Source: an uncultured Oscillospiraceae bacterium
GTDB lineage: Bacteria; Bacillota; Clostridia; Oscillospirales; Ruminococcaceae
DNA: 64,000 nucleotides
Reading direction: 5' to 3'
Assembly: GCA_964371155.1 (NCBI GenBank)
Contig: CAYJLI010000005.1
Coordinates: 1,675 to 65,674, forward strand
This document shows positions 19,415-28,617 of this stretch, in pieces. Within the stretch, counting starts at the first letter, position 1, and every line of letters begins with the position of its first letter. Both the position numbers and the translations under genes were made by a program. The notes beneath the pieces were generated by a model. That model did no database searches and was not told the origin of the DNA. It saw only the letters and a list, made by a program, of their open reading frames with translations.

Positions 19415-19696
19415 GTTCATTTTTGATGCTTATATTCCCCTAAAAGCACAGCGTTCTTTAGACATTATATCTTTAAAGAAGAGTGGATTATTAGTAGTGA
19501 TGAGCATGAATATGTTTACTAAAAGTGGGTGATGTGCTATAATAAACACAATATAAGAGTACTAAAAGCTATTGGTAAAATATGTGTTTATTATATTTTA
19601 TGCCCACTTTCTCGCCATTTCATGGCAACCGAAAGCGATGGCTGATTATATTATAAGCATCACCCTTATTCTAACCATCTAAGGAATTGATTAATT

Positions 19697-20062
19697 ATGA
19701 AGCATATCTTTACTGTGTTGGGGTTTATTTCGCTATCCGTTGGGAGTGTGGGAATAATAGTCCCAATGCTTCCCACCACACCTTTTTTATTGTTATCGGC
19801 TTTGTGCTTTGCTAAGTCTTCCGATAAAATAAATAATTGGTTTAAGGGCACAAAGATTTATAGAGAAAATTTAGAAACCCTCGCAAAAAAGCAAGGCATG
19901 ACAAAAATTGCAAAGCTGAGGGTGATAAGCACAATTACTTTGCTTTTTGCGATAGCCGCTTTTTTTATGAGGGAAAGTGTTGTTGGTTTGATTGTAATCG
20001 GTGCCATTTGGATGGCGCATTTTATTGTGTTTGTTTTTATTGTGGGTACAATTAAGGAGTAG
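19697..20062 (+). CDS. DUF454/YbaN-family inner membrane protein
   Basis: 121 aa; the N-terminus LGFISLSVGSVGIIVPMLPTTPFLLLSALCFAKSS is characteristic of YbaN-like proteins. Confidence 0.8.
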   Translation: MKHIFTVLGFISLSVGSVGIIVPMLPTTPFLLLSALCFAKSSDKINNWFKGTKIYRENLETLAKKQGMTKIAKLRVISTITLLFAIAAFFMRESVVGLIVIGAIWMAHFIVFVFIVGTIKE

Positions 20063-20091
20063 AATGTGCAATTACTTCTTTGCTAAATATT

Positions 20092-20172
20092 ATAGGGGCT
20101 CACCCTATGTGACTGTCTGAAATCATTGGAAAAATCCAAGACTTCGGAGAGTTGCATAGGGTGAGCCCCTAT
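20092..20172. terminator. 18-bp perfect inverted repeat with a 45-nt spacer between convergent genes
   Basis: ataggggctcaccctatg (20092-20109) and catagggtgagcccctat (20155-20172), with A/T-rich flanks on both sides. Confidence 0.55.
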
Positions 20173-20188
20173 TTATAAATTATTCTTA

Positions 20189-21493
20189 TTACACGCAGCT
20201 GCTGAGCATGATTGCAAGAATTTCTTTGTCGGTCTGCTTCATACCCTGACTTGCAAGACGACCAACACTCGCTATGGTATTTTCTACACCTTTTTTAACA
20301 ATACCATCTTCGCCGTAGAACTGCTGACCCTGTGTATACATTTCATATCCTAAAATACCACAGTCAACTGCAACAGCTATTTTACCAGCACATGACGCCT
20401 TTGCCCCATCGCATATAACGCCTGAATCAATTGCAAGTGTATTTACAAGTGCATGGGAAAGAACTTCAAGGTCCGCACCTTTTAGATAGGCTATTGCACA
20501 ACCTGCCGCCGCTCCTGCACTTACAGCACCACAGAATGCCGAAAGCCTGCCTATCGGTGTTTTTTGGTGTATTGAGAGTAAATTGGAGAACACAAGTGCT
20601 CTGTATATTTCCTCTTCGCTATGTCCCATATGCCTGCCATAAGTGATTACAGGCACCGAAACAGTGATGCCTTGGTTTCCACTGCCCGAGTTTATCACAA
20701 CGGGAAGCTCACATCCATTCATTCTCGCATCGCTTCCAGCCGCCGCCATAGCACGGGCGTAGAGCTTCGCCGTGGTCTCTTTACTGTCCTCTGGATTGCT
20801 TCTCGTTGCTAAAAGCACGCTACCTATATTTGCTCCGTATTCCCCATCAAGACCTTCTTGAGAGATTGCCATATTGTAGGATATTTGGCGGTCTAAAAGT
20901 TCCTTTACATCGCTTATATCAACCACATTGGCAAATTCATATATTTTTTCAACCGTAATAAAACTGCGGTCGGTAAGATTCTCGCTCTCTACTGTATCAA
21001 GCTGTTTTGTGCTTAAGGCTTCGCCATTTTTCTCTATGAGCACAATATTTGTATGATTTCCCACCACACGCACTTTAGCGTAATTTTCCCCTTTGTAAAC
21101 ACTAACAGCCAAATCAAGCACATAGGGAGAGCTTGCAATTTCAATTTGGATTTCGTTATTATTTAAAAAGTCCTTTATCTCTTGCTGTTTTTCCTTTGGC
21201 ACAAGCGATATAACCTCTAATTTTTTAGAGGCATCTCCTGCCACCACACCCACAGCAACAGAAGCTGGAATTCCCCTTAACTGTTCTGTATTTGGCACAA
21301 ACACGCTCTTTACATTTTTTATAATATTCCCACTCGCTTCTACTAAAACTCTATCGGGCATCTCGCCTAAGGTTTCCCTCGCAACCGCAGAAACATAGGC
21401 TATGGCAATTGGTTCAGTACAGCCCATTGCAGGCAAAAGCTCTTCTTTTAGCACCTCAACAAATTTTTGGTATTCGTTTCTTGTAATTGGCAT
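20189..21493 (-). CDS. UPF0597 / YhaM(CyuA)-family L-cysteine desulfidase-like protein
   Basis: 434 aa. The N-terminal GCTEPIAIAY motif and the Cys-rich C-terminal half (VICDGAKASCAGK) are typical of the serine-dehydratase-alpha-like YhaM family. Confidence 0.75.
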   Translation of the reverse strand: MPITRNEYQKFVEVLKEELLPAMGCTEPIAIAYVSAVARETLGEMPDRVLVEASGNIIKNVKSVFVPNTEQLRGIPASVAVGVVAGDASKKLEVISLVPKEKQQEIKDFLNNNEIQIEIASSPYVLDLAVSVYKGENYAKVRVVGNHTNIVLIEKNGEALSTKQLDTVESENLTDRSFITVEKIYEFANVVDISDVKELLDRQISYNMAISQEGLDGEYGANIGSVLLATRSNPEDSKETTAKLYARAMAAAGSDARMNGCELPVVINSGSGNQGITVSVPVITYGRHMGHSEEEIYRALVFSNLLSIHQKTPIGRLSAFCGAVSAGAAAGCAIAYLKGADLEVLSHALVNTLAIDSGVICDGAKASCAGKIAVAVDCGILGYEMYTQGQQFYGEDGIVKKGVENTIASVGRLASQGMKQTDKEILAIMLSSCV

Positions 21494-21558
21494 AGATAAA
21501 CTCTCCTTATATTTTATTTGTCAGTGCAGCATCGAATTTAATAACCAGTCTAAATTTA

Positions 21559-21587
21559 ATTATATATTAATAGCTCCACTTTTTCAA
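21559..21587 (-). promoter_or_regulatory. Putative sigma-A promoter of the cysteine-desulfidase-like gene
   Basis: Minus strand TTGAAA (21587-21582), 17-nt spacer, TATAAT (21564-21559). Confidence 0.5.
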
Positions 21588-21796
21588 GGTATTATTGGAA
21601 TTTGTATTTCGGTGATATACTCATCCGCTACATCTGTAATTGTTTGGTGTACAAGTGCTGTTTCAATACTGTTCCCACAGATTTTGTATTTGCTACATTT
21701 TTTTATTGTAAAATACATGTTCATATACCATCGTATTACTCACTTATTTGCACATTTTGTTTCTTGCCCCAGAAATTTTTTTGATAGCCTAACAGC

Positions 21797-21873
21797 GTGT
21801 TCAAAAAAGCAAGAGCTTTTTCGAACACACTTAAATGCCAATACCATCGCTTTCAGCGGTGGTATTGGCATTT
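21797..21873 (-). terminator. Two tandem hairpins downstream of the M24 peptidase gene
   Basis: Hairpin 1: aaatgccaatacca (21833-21846) pairs with tggtattggcattt (21860-21873). Hairpin 2: gtgttcaaaaaagc (21797-21810) pairs with gctttttcgaacac (21815-21828) with one mismatch. U-tracts are weak on the minus strand. Confidence 0.5.
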
Positions 21874-21891
21874 AATTTTATCTAATCATTA

Positions 21892-23055
21892 TTAAAATAG
21901 CTCAAAGAGCTCTCTATCGAATTTTGTGAGCGATTCACAGCCGTTTTCGGTTATCAGTATCATGTCTTCAACTCGTAGGTAGGCTAAATCGGGCAACCAC
22001 ACCTTTGGCTCTATGCACATTATCATGCCTTTTGTAAAATCGGTATCGCATTCATAGAACAGCCATGGACGCTCATGCACTTCTATGCCTATTTGGTGTC
22101 CTATATGGCCGCCATCGCCGTATTTGCGCATGTTTTTACCAAAACCATGCTCTTGTAGGCGTTCGTTTAGGAAGTCAAATGTTGGGCCCATTGGCACACC
22201 GGGTTTAATCATTTTTAGCATCTCGGTCTGTGCGTACTGGAGTGCTACATATGCCCTTTTCATTTCGTCGGGAGCTTTGCCACAGCAGAATGAACGCCCA
22301 AAGTCCGAGCAGTAGCCGTCTATAACATATCCAAAGTCGAAGCTTATGGCAGTACCTTCCACGATGGGCTCAGTTGTGGACACTGCATTTATATCACCTG
22401 CGCTCGCCATTGATGGATGCACTGTATGTGCAGTGGGGCTAAAAGCCAAATCCTGCACTCCACGCTCCACACCGTACTGAATGAGCAGATGCTCTATCTG
22501 TCTTGCAGTGGTGCCGGGCACTATATGCGGTATAACAAATTTTAGTGCGTCGTCGGTAAAGCTTGCCGCTCTGCGCATTATTTCTATTTCTTTTTCATCT
22601 TTTATCATTCGCATTTCATCGATTAGTTCCTCGGCGAATAATAGTTTTACGCCTTTGTTAATACTGGTTAACATCTCAGCTATTGCCGCACCACAGCTTT
22701 CACCATAGGCTATGAAGTTTCCGCTTATATCCATATTAAGGCGCTTTGCAAATTCTTCAAAGAAACAAACTACTTTTCTAATCTTAATATGCTCTACATT
22801 TTTCTCTTCTGCATATGTCACATAAAGTGTTGGCTCGCCGTCGGTGGGTATGTATAAAAGCATGTTGGGGTATTTGTGGAGATGCACATCACTGTTTGGG
22901 TCTGCTTTTTCTGGGCCCCCACTGCGGGATGTCCTCTGCCATCTGTATTTGCTATCTTCAAGTAGGTAGTGCATAGCGCCGCTTGTGGCTATCACCATTC
23001 CGTCGGCACCTTCGGTTTTCAGTTTCGCTTTAAGCTTGTTAATTCTTTCAAACAT
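21892..23055 (-). CDS. M24-family metallopeptidase (Xaa-Pro peptidase-like)
   Basis: 387 aa with a pita-bread-fold signature (DFGYVIDGYCSDFGR, HGFGKN..GHQIGIEVHE, IEPKVW, RVEDMILIT). Confidence 0.85.
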   Translation of the reverse strand: MFERINKLKAKLKTEGADGMVIATSGAMHYLLEDSKYRWQRTSRSGGPEKADPNSDVHLHKYPNMLLYIPTDGEPTLYVTYAEEKNVEHIKIRKVVCFFEEFAKRLNMDISGNFIAYGESCGAAIAEMLTSINKGVKLLFAEELIDEMRMIKDEKEIEIMRRAASFTDDALKFVIPHIVPGTTARQIEHLLIQYGVERGVQDLAFSPTAHTVHPSMASAGDINAVSTTEPIVEGTAISFDFGYVIDGYCSDFGRSFCCGKAPDEMKRAYVALQYAQTEMLKMIKPGVPMGPTFDFLNERLQEHGFGKNMRKYGDGGHIGHQIGIEVHERPWLFYECDTDFTKGMIMCIEPKVWLPDLAYLRVEDMILITENGCESLTKFDRELFELF

Positions 23056-23276
23056 TTTCTCACTCCATTTCTTAATTTAGTAGCCATGGACAAAGCCAAG
23101 CTTTTATATTTTATTTGCTTTACTAATTGCGGATACCATGTATTTTTCTATCTTTTCCACCCCCATGTGATATGGGGTAAATATTAAAATGATGGCTTTG
23201 GTTATCTCTAAAAGTTTATATACGTTTAGCCTTAATTTAGCGTATTTAATATGTTAAAATTATGGTTTAAATTAAT

Positions 23277-23642
23277 CTAATCTAACAGCTTTTCTCTCCA
23301 CTCGTCCTCATTAAATCCTGCGAGTACGAAGTCCTCCGATATTAATAGAGGGCGTCTTACAAGCATACCGTCCGACGCAAGGAGCTCTATTTTTTCTTCG
23401 TCGGTCATGGTGGGGAGTTTATCGGCGAGCTTCATTGTTCTATAAAGTATTCCACTTGTGCTGTAAAACTTTTTAATCGGCAGTCCGCTTTTTTCATGCC
23501 ACACTTTCAGCTCGTCATAGCTTGCTTTTTCCTGCTTTATATGCCTTTCGGTGTAGCTGATATTATTTTCCTCTAAAAAAAGTTTCGCCTTTTGGCAGGT
23601 ACTGCATTTTGGATAACAAATAAAGGTCATATTGATGTCCAT
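23277..23642 (-). CDS. ArsC/Spx/YffB-family thioredoxin-fold protein
   Basis: 121 aa with an N-terminal CxxC-type motif (YPKCSTCQKA) and C-terminal RRPLL. The start may be ATG 23630 (MTFICYP) rather than 23642. Confidence 0.8.
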   Translation of the reverse strand: MDINMTFICYPKCSTCQKAKLFLEENNISYTERHIKQEKASYDELKVWHEKSGLPIKKFYSTSGILYRTMKLADKLPTMTDEEKIELLASDGMLVRRPLLISEDFVLAGFNEDEWREKLLD

Positions 23643-23750
23643 TCCTTTCTGTTAACGGCACAAAACAACCATACAAAAGGTCATTAATGCGCCATGTTTC
23701 TCGGTAGAGTAAGTTTGAAATAGTGATTATTGGTGCTCTTTTCATATTCC

Positions 23751-25106
23751 CTAAGATGCCTTTTGAGCAAATCTATTATACTTTTTATATGTTCCTCTTT
23801 TGTAGCGAAAATATGCGGCTATCGAGCAAACAATCCATGTAAATGGCATACAATACCAAACAGCATTAATCCCTATAAAAGGTATCGGTGCAAGCAGATA
23901 TGCAAAAGCAACACGAATGATAATTTGCGAAGTGGTGATAGCCATTGCACCCTTAACATCGCCATAGCCCCTAAAAAAGCTGATATATGCATTTAGCACT
24001 GCCGACATTACAAAAGGCACTGCAAGCACTCTCAGGCAATCCGAGCCAAGGCGTATTATTTCGGGCTGGGTAGCATCTACAAATATACCCATCAACCATT
24101 CAGCAAAGACAAATATTAAAAATGATGATATGGCACAAAAAATTACCGAAACTTTCATCACTGCAAAAAGCCCTTCGCTCGCCCTTTCTTCCTGCTTTGC
24201 ACCTATATTTTGCCCTACGAAATTTGCAAGCGCAAGGCTTAGGCTCATAATCGGAAGCACTATGAAATTATCTATTCTGTAAGCGGCTGAATAAGCACTT
24301 ATAGCGTAGTCCCCAAAGCCATTTACCACCCCTTGTAAAAACATCATTCCAAGCGAATTTACAATCTGCTGTATCGAGGAGGGTACACCGTATTTTATTA
24401 TTAAACTAAATAGCGGCTTATCAAAGACCATGTTTTTAGGTGTAATCTTTAGTATGTCGTATTTTCTAAATGTGTATATCACACAGCAAATAGCCGCTAC
24501 CGCTTGGGCGATGAATGTGGCTACTGCTACTGCCACCACCCCATTTTCAAACATCATAACAAAAGCTACATCGAGTATAATGTTTAGCACGCTCGACATT
24601 ATTAAAAAGTAAAGTGGTGTTTTAGAATCGCCTATTGCTCTGAGCACCCCTGCATAATACTGATAAAGGCACTGAAAGGGTATACTTGCGGAGAAAATTT
24701 GCAGATATATTTTAGCGAGTGGGAGAATATTATCGGGTGTGTTTAGCATTTTCAGGATGAACTCCGCTCCAAAAACACCACAGACCGTCATCAAAAATGC
24801 CAGAGCAAATACCACGATGAAGGAGGTGGATAGTCCCTTGTGGAAGTTCTTATCATCCTTAGCACCGAAATTTTGCGAAATAATTACCGATGATCCCATG
24901 ATAAACCCTGCTAAAATCGCTGTGAGGAAAAATGATATGGGGGTAGAAGTGCCTGCCGCCGCCTGAGCTTGATAGCTCACCATTTTTCCAAGCACCGCCG
25001 TATCTACAAGCTGATACATCTGCTGGAACATATTGCCTATCAGAAGTGGAATTGTAAATATCCAAATCTGCTTTACTATACTGCCTTTTGTAAAATCTAT
25101 ATTCAT
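23751..25106 (-). CDS. MATE-family efflux transporter
   Basis: 451 aa with 12 predicted TM helices and the typical N-terminus IWIFTIPLLIGNMFQQMYQLVDTAVLG. Confidence 0.9.
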   Translation of the reverse strand: MNIDFTKGSIVKQIWIFTIPLLIGNMFQQMYQLVDTAVLGKMVSYQAQAAAGTSTPISFFLTAILAGFIMGSSVIISQNFGAKDDKNFHKGLSTSFIVVFALAFLMTVCGVFGAEFILKMLNTPDNILPLAKIYLQIFSASIPFQCLYQYYAGVLRAIGDSKTPLYFLIMSSVLNIILDVAFVMMFENGVVAVAVATFIAQAVAAICCVIYTFRKYDILKITPKNMVFDKPLFSLIIKYGVPSSIQQIVNSLGMMFLQGVVNGFGDYAISAYSAAYRIDNFIVLPIMSLSLALANFVGQNIGAKQEERASEGLFAVMKVSVIFCAISSFLIFVFAEWLMGIFVDATQPEIIRLGSDCLRVLAVPFVMSAVLNAYISFFRGYGDVKGAMAITTSQIIIRVAFAYLLAPIPFIGINAVWYCMPFTWIVCSIAAYFRYKRGTYKKYNRFAQKAS

Positions 25107-25156
25107 TTATTACCTGCTTTTCATTGTTTTGGTTGTGCGTACCCGACGAGCATGAA

Positions 25157-25584
25157 GTAGGGGCGAACCTATGTGTTCGCCCGAAAATCACCTGCAATTT
25201 TAAATAATGCAAAACCTCTGAACAGGCGATTACAGGTCGCCCCTACAACTATCTTTTTTGATAGTGTGTGCCATACTGGCGGTCATGGCAAGCCATGCCC
25301 CTACAATGGGATTTCGATTTATTTTAGATTATGCGTAACCCTCGGGCATAGCTCGCCATGCCCCTACAATTTAAAATCTGTTTCTCCTAATGCGAAACTC
25401 ATTAACTTTTCACTATTCATTTTTAATTTTTCACTCAAAAAAATCTCCGCTCTTTTGCTTCGCAAAATTTGCTACATTTTTTCTTAGCTTCGCTTTTTCT
25501 TTCATGGGGCTTTGCCCCACACCCCATAATTTTTTGAAAAAAATTAAGTAAAACTTTAGTTTTGGCTCCACTGTGGGATGGGGA
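25157..25584 (-). repeat. Mosaic intergenic repeat, copy 2 (largest): D, D-inverted, C, C, H, B, A, tail
   Basis: Module coordinates: D 25158-25184 and inverted D 25223-25249; C 25279-25311 and 25339-25372; H 25405-25436; B 25442-25493; A 25504-25554. All recur at other sites in the window (see findings). There is no credible ORF. Confidence 0.9.
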
Positions 25585-27504
25585 TTATTTTAAATAGCTC
25601 TCAAACCATTTCACGATTTCATACATCCTTTTTATCCTCTGTATCGGTCTGCCATTTCGTGATAAATCATGGTTTTCACCGTCTATTAGGCACACCCTCG
25701 AGTCTACACCATGGAACTTAAGGGCGGTAAACATCTGCATTGCCTCGATATAATGGCAACGATAATCCTCCCTCGCATGGATGAATAATGTAGGTGTCTT
25801 TACATTGTTTGCATATTTAAGTGGGGACTGCGCCCAAAGTCTTTCGGTGTTTTCCCATGGGGTGGAATCCATCTGCTCCGCCACGAAATTATACCCATTA
25901 TCGGCAGCTCCAAAGGCGGTGAACATATTGCTAATACCCCTTTGCACACATGCACATTTAAATCTATCGGTATGGCCGATGATCCAGTTTGTCATTATTC
26001 CACCATATGAGCCACCTGCCACGCCGAGATTTTCCCTATCAATCTGTGGGTATCTTTCGCATGCAGTGTCGATAGCTTTCATTAGGTCGGAGTAATCTGG
26101 CTCGCCATAATGCCCCATCAGCTTTGCAAACTCACTGCCCTGTCCATCGCTTCCCCTCGGGTTGCCATAAACCACAAAAAATCCCCTGCTTGCAAGCAGC
26201 TGCATTTCATGGAAGAATACATCTGTGTAAAGTGTTTTCGCTCCGCCGTGGATGTAGAGTATTGCAGGATATTTTTTCTCTTCCTCAAATCCAAGAGGTT
26301 TTACCACCACATATTGAACATCATAGCCGTTATTTTTAAAATACATAAGCTCGGGAGTGCTCACATCCTCAGCTTTTAATGTGTTTTCATTTATCTCGGT
26401 TATTTTTATTTCTTCGCCGTTTTCTATGCAGTAAATCTCTGTGAGTGCAGTGCCCCTCACGCCGTTAAAATAAATTTTGCCATCGGGGGTGATATCATAC
26501 CCCTCCACGCATCCATTTGGTTTTGTTAGCACTGTGATATTGCCATTTAAGTCGATCTTTTTAATCTGCGAGCTCACACCCTCGGTGGAAATAAAGTAAA
26601 ACTCAGAGCCAAACACCTTGTATTCACGGTTTGAGCCATATTTAAAGTCGTAGAGGACTGTGTTTGTAAAGCTTGTGTCCGCTTTGCTAATTTTGCTACA
26701 TTTGCCCTCTTCCACTATGTAAAGACTGCTGTTGTCGGTCATTAGGCTCTCACTCATCTTCGCCCCTACAAAAGCACATTTGCCCTCGATAATATCCACA
26801 TTCAGTATGCGGTAAAGCCCCTCTTTTACTACTTCTTCGGTGGTTTTTGTGGCGATGTCATAGCGATAAATTCCAGGGGTAGTCCTTTTATCCTCAAAGG
26901 TAACTGCTGAGTAAATCACCGATTTTTCATCAGCGGCAAAGCTTAGCACCTCGCTGTAATCACCTGTAATTTTAACGGCATTTTCTCCATCTTTTATGAA
27001 AAGGGAGTTTCTCTTTCTATTTGTAAAGCCCCTGCCATTGCTCCAAAAAGGGATTTCTTCGAGTATGTGAAACTCTCCGTCGGACTCTTTTAAGAAGCTG
27101 AGCTCCTCGGGATATTCTTCACTCTCGCAGTTCGATTCGGCAGTAAATAGTATTTCACCATTTTTTAAAAGTGCAAATTTATTCGCCTCATATTCTGTGG
27201 AAAAACATTCGCTTTTCTCCCCCGTTAAAGGATTAAGTCTATAAAAAAGCGTTTTATCCTCACATTTTTCTTTTAGCAGCATATCACCATTTTCGTCCCA
27301 TATAAATGAGGTATTATCAGCGCCTGCAATCCTTTTAGTGGTATTATCCGCTAAATTCATCAGATATGCTTCGCTTTTATAGCAGTTTTCAGTGAGGGAG
27401 GGTAATGTCACATTAAATGCAAGTGTTTCACCTTTTTTATCCACTGATAAGCTGTTTATCGATTTGTAATTTAAAAAATCTTTGATATTTATCATTTTAT
27501 TCAC
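25585..27504 (-). CDS. S9-family serine peptidase (N-terminal beta-propeller + prolyl oligopeptidase/acylaminoacyl-peptidase-type catalytic domain)
   Basis: 639 aa with nucleophile motif GGSYGG, downstream D and H (GENHDL). The start may be ATG 27495 rather than GTG 27504. Confidence 0.88.
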   Translation of the reverse strand: MNKMINIKDFLNYKSINSLSVDKKGETLAFNVTLPSLTENCYKSEAYLMNLADNTTKRIAGADNTSFIWDENGDMLLKEKCEDKTLFYRLNPLTGEKSECFSTEYEANKFALLKNGEILFTAESNCESEEYPEELSFLKESDGEFHILEEIPFWSNGRGFTNRKRNSLFIKDGENAVKITGDYSEVLSFAADEKSVIYSAVTFEDKRTTPGIYRYDIATKTTEEVVKEGLYRILNVDIIEGKCAFVGAKMSESLMTDNSSLYIVEEGKCSKISKADTSFTNTVLYDFKYGSNREYKVFGSEFYFISTEGVSSQIKKIDLNGNITVLTKPNGCVEGYDITPDGKIYFNGVRGTALTEIYCIENGEEIKITEINENTLKAEDVSTPELMYFKNNGYDVQYVVVKPLGFEEEKKYPAILYIHGGAKTLYTDVFFHEMQLLASRGFFVVYGNPRGSDGQGSEFAKLMGHYGEPDYSDLMKAIDTACERYPQIDRENLGVAGGSYGGIMTNWIIGHTDRFKCACVQRGISNMFTAFGAADNGYNFVAEQMDSTPWENTERLWAQSPLKYANNVKTPTLFIHAREDYRCHYIEAMQMFTALKFHGVDSRVCLIDGENHDLSRNGRPIQRIKRMYEIVKWFESYLK

Positions 27505-27507
27505 TCT

Positions 27508-28572
27508 CTAATCTATAATTATTTTTTTAGGTGCCAAAGTTACTACTTCAGTGCTGTCCCCATGCAAAATCACTATATCCTCGGTTCTCACTCCGCCGTA
27601 ATTTGGAATGTATAGCCCCGGCTCTATCGTGAATATCATGTTTTCCTCTAAGGCGTCTTCGTTGTTCATTACCACTCTCGGCCACTCGTGTATATCAAGT
27701 CCCACTCCATGCCCAAGGCCACGAAGGCTGTACTGCTCCAAATCGTGCTCTAAAAAGACATTTCTATGCACCGCATCTATATCCTTGCAAATCGCACCTA
27801 CTTTTATCGCTTTTACCGCTTCTTCCTGCGCTTTTACTACGATGTCGAATATCTCTTGCATGCGTCGCTCAGGCTCGCCAAACCAAAGTGTTCGGGTTAT
27901 GTCGGAATGATAGCCATTATGTTTCGCACCGAAATCGAGGGTTAGCATATCGCCTTTCTCGATTTTCTTGCTCGTAGGGCTTCCATGAGGGAGGGAGGTT
28001 CGCACACCCGATACCGCTATGGTGTCAAACGCTTCTTTTTCACTGCCAAGCTTCTTCATAAGGTATTCAAGCTCTATTGCCACTTCACGCTCAGTCATCC
28101 CTGCTACAAGTGTTTTGGAGAGCTCTATTATCGCTTGGTCGGATATGTTTATTGCTTTTCTTAGGTAGTTAAGCTCGGTTTCGCTCTTTACCTTTCTGAT
28201 GTCGAGCAAAACATCGCAGGTAGGGATAAACTCTGCATCTTCGCATTTTTCCTTAATACTGCGCAGGGTGAAATCGGTGAGGTAATTGCTTTCATAGCCA
28301 ACTTTCTTCGCACCCACCTTTTTAAGGTATTCTTTTATAGTGTCAAAAGAAGAGAGATTATATACTATCACTTCAAAGTCGGGTGCCTCTATTTGCGCCT
28401 GCTCTACATATCTTGAATCGGTGATTAAATAACGGCTGTCGCCATTTATTATCACTATGCCATTGCTTCCTGTGAAATTTGTTAAATATCGGCGGTTTGC
28501 ATCGGAGAGGACTAAAAAAGTGTCCACCCCAAGCTTTTGCATCTTTTTATTTAGTTTTAAAAGCTTGTCCAT
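27508..28572 (-). CDS. M24B Xaa-Pro aminopeptidase/dipeptidase
   Basis: Creatinase_N-like N-domain plus a pita-bread domain (DFGAKHNGYHSDITRT, GHGVGLDIHE, TIEPGLY, RTEDIV). Start placed at ATG 28572 (MDKLLKL); the ORF track start at 28593 is TTG. Confidence 0.88.
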   Translation of the reverse strand: MDKLLKLNKKMQKLGVDTFLVLSDANRRYLTNFTGSNGIVIINGDSRYLITDSRYVEQAQIEAPDFEVIVYNLSSFDTIKEYLKKVGAKKVGYESNYLTDFTLRSIKEKCEDAEFIPTCDVLLDIRKVKSETELNYLRKAINISDQAIIELSKTLVAGMTEREVAIELEYLMKKLGSEKEAFDTIAVSGVRTSLPHGSPTSKKIEKGDMLTLDFGAKHNGYHSDITRTLWFGEPERRMQEIFDIVVKAQEEAVKAIKVGAICKDIDAVHRNVFLEHDLEQYSLRGLGHGVGLDIHEWPRVVMNNEDALEENMIFTIEPGLYIPNYGGVRTEDIVILHGDSTEVVTLAPKKIIID

Positions 28573-28617
28573 ATTTATGACCATTCCTTTCAAGTGCCAA
28601 GCACTTTAGCTGGTAAA

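Noticed and set aside
21402-21875. 157-aa plus-strand ORF spanning the cysteine-desulfidase gene start and the upstream spacer
   Set aside because: It overlaps the opposite-strand start region, runs through two terminator hairpins, has Phe/Ile-rich AT-driven composition and lacks an SD.
25237-25372. Three ..gcccctacaa units at ~60-nt spacing that look superficially like a mini CRISPR array
   Set aside because: Only about 12-15 nt are conserved per unit, the intervening 'spacers' are themselves related repeat modules, there is no leader or cas gene, and the same units occur singly elsewhere.
25173-25487. 104-aa ORF inside the 25-kb repeat block (and similar 72-78-aa ORFs at 51079-51315)
   Set aside because: The reading frames are assembled from repeat modules that occur elsewhere in both orientations and different orders. 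There is no SD, so they are by-products of the repeats.
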